DNA of 63,414 nucleotides, the filler included, from Bacteriovoracaceae bacterium (GTDB lineage: Bacteria > Bdellovibrionota > Bacteriovoracia > Bacteriovoracales > Bacteriovoracaceae), in the NCBI GenBank assembly GCA_018649885.1. It is 7 parts of 7 records of this genome, joined end to end, with 100 filler letters (N's around TTAATTAATTAA, not from the genome) between each part and the next. Parts side by side here need not be neighbours in the genome. Positions count along the whole stretch, not along the records: positions 1 to 15,496 come from JABIHA010000052.1; positions 15,597 to 31,821 come from JABIHA010000046.1; 5 more parts are not named here. One strand, given 5' to 3'. Of this stretch, positions 10,104-18,706 are shown piece after piece; position 1 is the first letter of the stretch, and each line of letters starts with the position of its first letter. Below the pieces are notes generated by a model, which was not told where the DNA came from, did not search any database, and was given only the letters and a program-made list of their open reading frames with translations. The position numbers and the translations under genes are program-made.

Positions 10104-11597
10104 TTGAGACGAAATAAAGACTCTTTAAAATTCATTTTAGGTCTAAAACTAAAAGATCTTCGAGCAAAGAAAGGACTCTCCCTTAAAGAGCTGGCCTCCA
10201 TGAGTGGCCTTTCATCTAGCTACTTAAATGAAATCGAAAAAGGCAAAAAGTATCCTAAGGTTGAAAAACTTCTGTCACTCGCAAGAGGACTTAAGGTTTC
10301 ACTAGATGATTTAACTTCAGTAAGAATTTCAAAAAAGCTTAAGCCTATTTTAGAATTCATAGAAAGTGATTTGTATAACCGACTGCCACTAGATGCCTTT
10401 GGACTTACAGATCAAGATTTATTTGAATTGATGTCAGGTGCACCTGAGAAATTTTCTTCTTTTATAATGGCACTTCAAGGACTTGCTAGGTTTCACGACT
10501 TTAGCATGGATAAATTTCATAAAATTGCTCTTAGATCCTATAAAGAACTCAATGGAAATTATTTTCCAGAAATTGAAACGATTGCTCGCGTTACCCGATC
10601 ACAATATTTTAATGAGACTCCCTTATCCATTGAAGGCCTTAAAAAAGTACTTGAAGAAAAGTTTCACTATAATATAGACACCACGACTCTTGGTGAAGAC
10701 TCTACACTGACTAAACTTAGATCTCTTTATAAGGAAGGTCCTCCCCATCATTTACTTCTTGGAGGAAACCTAAAAGATTCACATATTTTATTTATATTGG
10801 CCAAGGAGCTTGGCAGTTGTGTGATGGGCCTACCCAAAACAGTACTGGGTGGGAAAAACCTCTACGATCAGACATTTAATGAAATTCTAAGTGACTATAA
10901 ATCATCCTATTTCTCTGGCTCATTACTAATTAATGAAAACGAGCTGGCGGCAGATATGAGAGGCTTTTTTGGTAATTCCGACTTTAATGGACAAGACCTG
11001 TTAAAGATTAAGGCCAAGTACGCTGCAGGGACTGAAGTCTTTATGCAGAGACTGACCCAAATACTTCCCACCCACTTTGGATTAGATCAGCTCTTTTTCT
11101 TGAAGTTTAATAACCCATTTCTCAGCTCTAACCCTAATAAGATTACCCTCTCACAAGAAATTCACCTAGGTGGTGTTCACAACCCTCACGGAGTTGAACA
11201 AAATGAGCACTATTGTAGAAGATGGATCACTGTTGCCCTGTTGAACGAGCTAGCAAAGGGGGACAATAGAGAGCGCACTCACATAGTAGAAGCGCAAAAA
11301 TCAATAATGATAGAAAATGGTTCTACCTATTTTTGTATATCTGTGGCGATGCCATCAAAAAGAAAAGATGACATGAATAGTTGTGTAACCATTGGCATGC
11401 GTTGTAATGAGCAATTTCAAAATTCTGCTAAATTTTGGAATTCCTCGGAAGTCAGAACCAAAGAAGTCTCCCAAACATGTGAAAGGTGTCCCATAACCGA
11501 CTGTGATGATCGTGCTTGTGCCCCTTCTATTTACCTTGAAAGTCAGTCAGATAAACAAATTAAAGAAAAAATCACCAGTCTGCTAAATTTGTTATAA
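10104..11597 (+). CDS. XRE-family RamB/PccR-like (short-chain fatty acyl-CoA) regulator, divergent from aceBA
   Basis: N-terminal XRE HTH (LSSSYLNEIEKGKKYP), NYFPEIE, HYCRRW and C-terminal TCERCPITDCDDRA. Sits divergently to the glyoxylate shunt genes. Confidence 0.88.
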   Translation: MRRNKDSLKFILGLKLKDLRAKKGLSLKELASMSGLSSSYLNEIEKGKKYPKVEKLLSLARGLKVSLDDLTSVRISKKLKPILEFIESDLYNRLPLDAFGLTDQDLFELMSGAPEKFSSFIMALQGLARFHDFSMDKFHKIALRSYKELNGNYFPEIETIARVTRSQYFNETPLSIEGLKKVLEEKFHYNIDTTTLGEDSTLTKLRSLYKEGPPHHLLLGGNLKDSHILFILAKELGSCVMGLPKTVLGGKNLYDQTFNEILSDYKSSYFSGSLLINENELAADMRGFFGNSDFNGQDLLKIKAKYAAGTEVFMQRLTQILPTHFGLDQLFFLKFNNPFLSSNPNKITLSQEIHLGGVHNPHGVEQNEHYCRRWITVALLNELAKGDNRERTHIVEAQKSIMIENGSTYFCISVAMPSKRKDDMNSCVTIGMRCNEQFQNSAKFWNSSEVRTKEVSQTCERCPITDCDDRACAPSIYLESQSDKQIKEKITSLLNLL

Positions 11598-11643
11598 ATC
11601 AATGTATTAACAGTCATAAAAATCCTTAAATATTCCGAAATAA

Positions 11644-12618
11644 GTGGTGATGAAAAATGCAGAATTAATCCCAGTAAGTGCAAAAGAGAGTCCTCTTTTT
11701 CGTGAAACCAAAATGAAGAGGTATCACTTCTCACTACTCACTCCAGATAGAGTGTGTCCTTGCAGTATCTACGTCTATTTTAGAGGTAAGTATATTGAAG
11801 CAGTAAAAAGAGAAGGAATCGTAGCGTTAGAGCTTATGGCAAAGATGTATCATGCCCAAAATTATTTCTTCTATGTCCTAGAAGACGAAGATGATCTGTT
11901 TAGACACTGGATTAAGGCCCGCCATTCAATAGAATTTTTACCCATGCTTGAAGTTAATGAAAAAAATAAAGTCGTGGAATTTAAAACTTCAAATTATATC
12001 AAGGCGGCCCTGGCATCTATCCACTTTAGCGAAGAGAATGCCTCAACAAAGCGGTTTTTAAAGTCAGCTCATCATAAATTAAAGCAAGTTGTCTGCCACC
12101 CATCATTAAAATGGTTCTTTGAATCAGAATGGGAAAAAGAGACAATTGAGCACACATCAAGAGTAGCATTTATGATGCTGCTATACTTAGAATTCCAAGA
12201 AGTAATTGCAAAAACGCTCAATCCTTTTGAGCTGATTCAAGCGTGTATCATCCATCACCTGGATGGTGAGCTTAGCTCATATAGAGAAGGCGAAACCTAT
12301 CACAAGACCCTGAGTTATCTTACAAGTAAAAACCATATAGTTTCTGAAAACGTCTGCAAAATTTTGGGTGGAGTCAACGAGTTTCACAATGGTTCTGGAA
12401 AACCTAAAGCGCTCAAGCGAGATGATTTAGCGCTGGAAAACCAACTACTGTCAGTTGTTGACTATTTTGACCATTTTAGAAAATCAAATAATCAACTTAC
12501 GAGAAGTAAGGCCCTAGCAAATACAAAGGTAGAGATGGTCTCTAAAAAAGCACTTTTTAATCCTAGTATGCTCAAAGGCTTTATGATGTTTTTAGATCTA
12601 ATAGAAATTAAGACCTAG
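11644..12618 (+). CDS. Degenerate HD-GYP-like protein
   Basis: EHTSRVA, IIHHLDG (HD to HH), VNEFHNGSGKP (HHExxDGxGYP altered) and LSVVDYFD. The true start may be 11713. Confidence 0.7.
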   Translation: MVMKNAELIPVSAKESPLFRETKMKRYHFSLLTPDRVCPCSIYVYFRGKYIEAVKREGIVALELMAKMYHAQNYFFYVLEDEDDLFRHWIKARHSIEFLPMLEVNEKNKVVEFKTSNYIKAALASIHFSEENASTKRFLKSAHHKLKQVVCHPSLKWFFESEWEKETIEHTSRVAFMMLLYLEFQEVIAKTLNPFELIQACIIHHLDGELSSYREGETYHKTLSYLTSKNHIVSENVCKILGGVNEFHNGSGKPKALKRDDLALENQLLSVVDYFDHFRKSNNQLTRSKALANTKVEMVSKKALFNPSMLKGFMMFLDLIEIKT

Positions 12619-12624
12619 AGGAAT

Positions 12625-14076
12625 ATGATTGATTATTTTTCGATTACAGATTTCATAAAAAACTCTACCCTTTATTTTTTCTTAAAGGGAAGAAAGTATC
12701 AAGTCGTAGATGCTAGTGGTGTTGTTGTTCAAGATCATTCCGGTGGTTCGAAAGTCTTAACGCCATTAAAGTTGAGTCACGGAAAAGTTTGTTATGGAAC
12801 GCTCTATGTTGACGATAAAAGTATCCAGGTGGAGCTCATTGAAAAAGAGCTAGAAAGCTATCTAGAGCAAAAATGCCAAATGGCGTGGACAGCGCAAAGT
12901 CAAATTTTAACAAATGAGCTCATATCAAATTTAAAATCTTCAGAAAATTCAAATTTTGAAACAAAAGATCTACTTGTGAATCTTATTGAAGGCGTAAGGT
13001 CTCACATTCGATGTGAAAAAGTGCTTTTTTTCACAGTTCAAAATGGAAGAAATTTGCAAGCAACTATTGGTATGGGAAAAGAGGGAAAAATCAGGCGACA
13101 AGAGTTTGATAAAACCGTTTGGAATAAGGCCGCAGAAACGGCCGCCTGTAGCAGAAAAATTTATTTTATCAATGACCTAGAAAAAGACCCTCACTATGAA
13201 TTCTTTGATTTTGATGATGGCAGTAAAACAAACAACCTAGCAGCATTTCCCATCATGCACAGTGGAAATGTCATTGGAGTCTTTTTAACTGTCAATAAGG
13301 CCGAAGGTATCTACAATGAATATGATTTGGAAATTATTCACCGCTTTGAACAATTATCCGGTCATATAATTGAAGAAAGTTTATATAACCAACAACTCTC
13401 AAGAGCGGAGAAGATTTCATCAGAACTCTCTAAATATATGTCCAAGAGCATGGCCGAGAATTTAAAAGAAAAAGGGGCAGGGCAGGCCGGAGGTCAGCAA
13501 AAAAAAGTAGTTGTACTTTTTTTAAAAATTAATAACTTTCAGAAATTTGCAACAAAACTCAAACCGACTCAACTAATTAATCTTCTTAACTTCATTTATG
13601 AGGAAGTCCACCAGGTGGCCAATATTTATGATGGCACACTTGATAAAATCATGACTCCAGTTATGATGTTCTTGTGGAATCATCCCTTCGCTCAAGACGA
13701 ACCTGAAGACTTGGCCTTACAATGCGCTCTTGAAGTTCAAAAGAAGATACACACTCTATCTTCTATCATAAGTGCTCAATTTGGAATAAAAGATTTCAGC
13801 GTTTGCATCGGGATTAATTCAGGTGAGGCCGTGGCCGGCAATATTGGCTGTGATGAATTTTTTGATAACACCGTTATTGGAGATACTATTAATACCGCCC
13901 AAAGACTGCAAGCATCAGGCACTGGGCCCGAGATAATAATCAGTGATGGAACATTTACTAAAAGCTCTTGTGCCAAAATGCAGCTTTTTAAAAATGTTAG
14001 TATCAAGGCCAAAGGTAAAAGCCTTGAGCTCAGTGCATACAAACTCCATGCAAGGATAGAAAAAGATGTTGCCTGA
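12625..14076 (+). CDS. GAF plus class III nucleotide cyclase, C2-like half (lacks the metal-binding Asp residues)
   Basis: GAF motif LAAFPIMHSGNVIGVFLTVNK. Cyclase motifs LFLKINNF, DKIMTP, IGINSGEAVAGNIG and TVIGDTINTAQRLQ. Confidence 0.88.
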   Translation: MIDYFSITDFIKNSTLYFFLKGRKYQVVDASGVVVQDHSGGSKVLTPLKLSHGKVCYGTLYVDDKSIQVELIEKELESYLEQKCQMAWTAQSQILTNELISNLKSSENSNFETKDLLVNLIEGVRSHIRCEKVLFFTVQNGRNLQATIGMGKEGKIRRQEFDKTVWNKAAETAACSRKIYFINDLEKDPHYEFFDFDDGSKTNNLAAFPIMHSGNVIGVFLTVNKAEGIYNEYDLEIIHRFEQLSGHIIEESLYNQQLSRAEKISSELSKYMSKSMAENLKEKGAGQAGGQQKKVVVLFLKINNFQKFATKLKPTQLINLLNFIYEEVHQVANIYDGTLDKIMTPVMMFLWNHPFAQDEPEDLALQCALEVQKKIHTLSSIISAQFGIKDFSVCIGINSGEAVAGNIGCDEFFDNTVIGDTINTAQRLQASGTGPEIIISDGTFTKSSCAKMQLFKNVSIKAKGKSLELSAYKLHARIEKDVA

Positions 14077-15496
14077 CTACCTTAATTTAAAATTTATAAT
14101 TGGAGATCACTTTATTGAAAAAAACCAATTTGGTGATACTTTTGCTATTTTTAGTACCTTTGGTGAATGTGTTGCAAGTAAGAACCTCGAAGCGGCCAAA
14201 AAGCTAGACCCAATTGCTATTAATGTTGGCGTCCAAAACTACGGCACACTTTTCATCGACCCAGCAAAGTCTTTGACTCTTTCAAAAATGGTAGCTTCAG
14301 AGATTCACGAATACCTTACTCTCACCGAAAGTGCTCACGCACTCACCATTGAAGAAGTCATTATTAAAGATCTTGATAAAATTCTAGAACTATCTCGCTC
14401 TGATAGTATGAAAATAGAAGAAGTTCTAGAAACATTTTTTCTCTATTTAAAGGCACACATCCCTTTTAAATCTGCAAATATCCTGACAGAAAACAATAAA
14501 AGTGAGTTAAAGCCGTTCATGACTCTCGATAGCAAAGGGAAAATAAAAAGAGATTCTGGAGATGGCGGACAATTTTTCAACATAAGTGACCTCGAAGAAA
14601 TGTGTCACATCAATCAAAAGATATATTACGAAAAAGACCAAAAGATGTATGGATACTTTCCTATTGCCTATAACAACTATTCCCTTGGGGTATTAGATCT
14701 TTGCGATATTTTAGTAGATCTTCACATTGAGCAAAATAGGAGCATTATCACAAAGTTTCTAACTGTCTTAAGCCACATTATTTACCAATATCAAATAAAA
14801 AATGAAATTGGCCAAAGCCTTAAAGTGAGTCAAGATCTTAGAAAATATATGTCAGATAATTTATTTAATAGTATTGCCGGAGGCAGTGGAGCAGATTCAA
14901 CTAAAGTTCAAAAGAAACTAATCGTCAGCATGTACGCAGATATAAGGTCATTTACAAAAATAAGTGAAAGCCTTGATCCAAAGGTTTTAGTAGAGTTATT
15001 AAATATCTACTTTTCTGAGCTGACACCAATTATCGAAGAGAGTGAAGGTACTATTGATAAATTTGTAGGTGATATGATCACGGCCTTTTGGAATGCTCCA
15101 GGCAATATAGAAAACCCTGAAATTAAAGCTGTCCAAGCAGCACTCAAAATGCAAAGAGCAATGGTAAGAAAAGTGGCGCCAAAATGGAAAGAGGCCGGAA
15201 TTGAACACATGGGAATAGGAATAGGTATTCATGTGGGTCAGGCCATCGTGGGTGATTTTGGATCCAAGGCCTTTAATAATTATACCGCCATTGGACCAGT
15301 CACTGAAAGAGCTCAGTGGCTAGAGAGTCTGGCAAGGCCTGCTGAGGTATGGGTTTCAGAAAGTCTCTACAACAAAGCGGGCAAAAAAATCCCGCCACCA
15401 ACAAGAAAAGATTCAAATAATATATACAGAGGCGAGAGAACTAATATCTACATCTACAAACCTGAAAACTACCCCGACTATACAAAAGCTTCATAA
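14066..15496 (+). CDS. GAF-like plus class III nucleotide cyclase, C1-like half (lacks the Asn/Arg pair)
   Basis: Motifs MYADIRSFT, DKFVGDMI, GIGIHVGQAIVG and YTAIGPVTERAQWLE. Overlaps the previous gene by 11 nt. Confidence 0.9.
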   Translation: MLPDYLNLKFIIGDHFIEKNQFGDTFAIFSTFGECVASKNLEAAKKLDPIAINVGVQNYGTLFIDPAKSLTLSKMVASEIHEYLTLTESAHALTIEEVIIKDLDKILELSRSDSMKIEEVLETFFLYLKAHIPFKSANILTENNKSELKPFMTLDSKGKIKRDSGDGGQFFNISDLEEMCHINQKIYYEKDQKMYGYFPIAYNNYSLGVLDLCDILVDLHIEQNRSIITKFLTVLSHIIYQYQIKNEIGQSLKVSQDLRKYMSDNLFNSIAGGSGADSTKVQKKLIVSMYADIRSFTKISESLDPKVLVELLNIYFSELTPIIEESEGTIDKFVGDMITAFWNAPGNIENPEIKAVQAALKMQRAMVRKVAPKWKEAGIEHMGIGIGIHVGQAIVGDFGSKAFNNYTAIGPVTERAQWLESLARPAEVWVSESLYNKAGKKIPPPTRKDSNNIYRGERTNIYIYKPENYPDYTKAS

Positions 15497-15596
15497 NNNN
15501 NNNNNNNNNNNNNNNNNNNNNNNNNNNNNNNNNNNNNNNNTTAATTAATTAANNNNNNNNNNNNNNNNNNNNNNNNNNNNNNNNNNNNNNNNNNNN
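15497..15596. other. Artificial contig linker
   Basis: N44-TTAATTAATTAA-N44 all-frame stop spacer. Confidence 0.99.
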
Positions 15597-16427
15597 AACA
15601 CAATATAAAGCTGAAAGAGCAATTGTGACTGTCCCTCTACTAGTATTACCCATCCCAAAATCCCAAATTAATGAAATAGGAACGATTGAACTCATAAACA
15701 ATGCAGAGAGCGATGGTGGCGAGGATTGGATACCAACAATGTTAAATAATTGAATCATAATTATCATCAGAGAAAGTAGGAAGCTATACAGAAAATATTG
15801 AACTTTAAATTCATTTACTATGTGTTGTAGCTGAGGAAGTAGCATTATCAAAAATAGCATCGAGATGAGTAAACTAACTCTTCTTGTTAACTCAAAAGGC
15901 TTGTAAGATTTAGATATGACTCTTGTTGATGTTTGAGACAGTACGAAGCTAATAAGAATCGCTAAGAATAAGATTATATTTGTTGTTGAGTGGCCTTGAT
16001 CGGAAGGTCTTTCAATTACATATATTAAAAAAAGAAGAATTAGCGGAAGAAAACTTTGTATTCTTGCTTTTGGGCTTAGATTTTCTAACTTCCAATCATT
16101 GGAAAAGAAAAGTGCAAGAGTCGGAGCAATACATTTTATTAACACAATATTTGATGGGTGCAGGTTCTTTGGAAAATAAAGATATAGGAAATAGACAACA
16201 ACATACCCTGTGGCCCAGCCCAATAGGCAGAGATTAGATTTTTTGTCATTTAGAATAAGTGGCTTTTTGTCTGGCCTCATAGAAAGTATAAGAAAATTGA
16301 AAAAGTTGGCCAGGCACAAAATAGCGATATTAATGATGGAGTCAGATGAGATACTTTTAAATAACTGCAGTGCCGAACAAAGTAACAAGCTTGAGATAAT
16401 AAAATTAAAAACGCTGAGCTTTGCCAT
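15597..16427 (-). CDS. EamA/DMT-like multi-pass membrane protein (3' end cut by the contig edge)
   Basis: About 10 hydrophobic segments in two repeats, with DMT-like ...IAPTLALF and ...SSIVPISLIWD. Confidence 0.55.
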
Positions 16428-18706
16428 TAGAAATTGCTCACCTTTTTAGAAGAGGTGTCATTGACAGTGAAAATCCTAATATTATTTACCATTCCCCTTA
16501 ATCTTCTTGGTTTTAATTCAAGTAGTGTAGACTTGTCTTGAATATATTTATATGCATCTTCTAGGAGCAGGCATTCACCGTTTCCTGCAATACTATTTAA
16601 AACTCTTGCAAGTCTATCAATTGCCCCATCAGATACTTGATTGACTGCTCGAATTTGTCCTTTGAACCGATGAACATTTGTCATCGAATTCATAACAAAT
16701 CTAAATTGCATAGGCATATGTATCGAAAAATCCTTACAGTACTTACTTAGCTCTTCTTCATGTTTACTCAATGCATTTAAAATTATGAGTCCTCTCTGAG
16801 TAGCAAGGGATTCATCTTCATCTTCATACAAGCAAGGTATAACAAAGGCTATTTCATCGCCATGGACTCTGTTAATAATAATCCCTAATTCTTTGTGCCT
16901 GCTCCAAAAATCATGAATCCAAGAATCAAGTGCCAAATCAATAATATCCGCGCCAAATACATCATTTAAGGTAGAGCTTAGTACTAAATCGCCTTTAATG
17001 ACACAGTTTGAGCCAAAGTTCTCAGACATTTGAAAGTGTTCCCTGAAATAATCTTCAGATTTGATCTGAATTTCATGAACGCCTAACCGTAGTGATGTAA
17101 TTAATTCTGCATCAGAAATTTCTTTTTTCTTAGAAATAATAATATTTGAAGCATTAAGCGTAACCCGACAAATTTTCTTCATAAATGGCTCAATAAAAGG
17201 CGAAAGACGCTGACTTTGAAAGTAAGTGATACACAGTAGTGATACAACCGTACCATTTATAATTAAAGGATAGATAATATATTCTTGTGAGGGTTCACCT
17301 AAAGAGCCACGAATCGTTTTTCTTTCATTAAAGGCTTCGTTCAATAATTCGCTCTCCACCAGAATTGTATTTTTTGATTTCTCTATGAAACTACCATATG
17401 TTCCTAAGAGAATTATTTTTCCTTTTTTCACTTGTGAAATAGACACTCTATTAGCACGAACAATGGATGCAATCTTTTCTGCAAAATTATCAATTGCGTT
17501 ATTTCCCAAAAAATGAAGTGGTTCCATATCATTTGAAACTAGGGCATCTAATGAACTTAATTGTTTTAAAAGGTCATTTCTATTTTTGTATCGTTGATTG
17601 TATAGGCTTAGAATTAGAGTGGCGATTGCTAAAATACCAATATAGTGATTTGTATAATAATATTTTGATTTTAATAAGAATAAATTTATCACATCGAATG
17701 TAAATGAGATTGCTCCTAGGGCCAAAAGAGCCGAAATGTGTCTTGGGAGCGAATGAAAATGCTTGTATTGAATTTTTTTTAGATGAATAAGAATTAGAAT
17801 TGAAGAATAGAAAACCGTTATTGAAAAACCTGCACAAATTCCTAAAGTCGTAATCTCTCTTTTGGAAGAAAAAAATATAAAAAATGAAGAGAGGATAATA
17901 ACGGAAAATAATATTTTATCGATTTTGAACTTTTCAAATATTTTACCAGTAAAGTGTTTACTAATAGAGATTAGAAAGAATGCATACATTGTAGTTTGAA
18001 TCGAGTCATTAATTCTTGCCACAAGAGGCATGGAGATAAACATCCTTGGTATTGCGGTTAAGCTTATAAATGTTCCGATACACAATGAAAGAGTAATAGT
18101 TATTTGCAATTTTTCAAATAATGAAACTCCAGAAACTAGAAAAAGTGAAAAATAGATAAATCCAATAAAAAGGAATATTTCGAAAATAAAATAAGTGATA
18201 TTTGTTGAGTTTTTTATAACGCTAATAATTAAGTTTTTAAAGTTAAGAATCCTTGGTGATCCAGACCTAATGCCAGTTTGTCGTGGCAGTATATCTTGAT
18301 AGTGTAGAGTGAATGAGTATTCTCCTGCTTCGGTATAGAATGATTTAAGATCCAAGAAAAAGGGGATGATTCTCATGTAGTCAGGCTTTACTTCTTTACT
18401 TCTGTAAAGGCCATGGGTGAAGTGTGTATTTCGGATTGGCATTTGATTGAAATGAGTAAATTCAATCAAGCTTGAATCACCAACCTCTCCAATGTAAAGA
18501 AATTTGCCTTGGTCAATATCGGAACTTTTTACTTCGATTTTGCATTTATATAAACCTTTGATGTATTTTGAAGGGCCAATATCTACACCTACAGTTTTTC
18601 CTGATTCGATTAATTGGTCACCATCTACAAAGTAGTGTATACAATTCGCAGTTTGAGAGTATGCCTTAATTGTGAATAGAAAAACAAATAAGATTAGCTT
18701 TTTCAC
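16427..18706 (-). CDS. Membrane sensor: exported domain, about 7 TM, GAF-like domain and atypical class III cyclase-like domain
   Basis: Signal peptide and TM block. GAF-like IIYPLIINGTVVSLL. Cyclase-like IKGDLVLSS, RVHGDEIAF, AIDRLARV and GECLL...LRGMVNNIRIF. Confidence 0.65.
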   Translation of the reverse strand: MKKLILFVFLFTIKAYSQTANCIHYFVDGDQLIESGKTVGVDIGPSKYIKGLYKCKIEVKSSDIDQGKFLYIGEVGDSSLIEFTHFNQMPIRNTHFTHGLYRSKEVKPDYMRIIPFFLDLKSFYTEAGEYSFTLHYQDILPRQTGIRSGSPRILNFKNLIISVIKNSTNITYFIFEIFLFIGFIYFSLFLVSGVSLFEKLQITITLSLCIGTFISLTAIPRMFISMPLVARINDSIQTTMYAFFLISISKHFTGKIFEKFKIDKILFSVIILSSFFIFFSSKREITTLGICAGFSITVFYSSILILIHLKKIQYKHFHSLPRHISALLALGAISFTFDVINLFLLKSKYYYTNHYIGILAIATLILSLYNQRYKNRNDLLKQLSSLDALVSNDMEPLHFLGNNAIDNFAEKIASIVRANRVSISQVKKGKIILLGTYGSFIEKSKNTILVESELLNEAFNERKTIRGSLGEPSQEYIIYPLIINGTVVSLLCITYFQSQRLSPFIEPFMKKICRVTLNASNIIISKKKEISDAELITSLRLGVHEIQIKSEDYFREHFQMSENFGSNCVIKGDLVLSSTLNDVFGADIIDLALDSWIHDFWSRHKELGIIINRVHGDEIAFVIPCLYEDEDESLATQRGLIILNALSKHEEELSKYCKDFSIHMPMQFRFVMNSMTNVHRFKGQIRAVNQVSDGAIDRLARVLNSIAGNGECLLLEDAYKYIQDKSTLLELKPRRLRGMVNNIRIFTVNDTSSKKVSNF

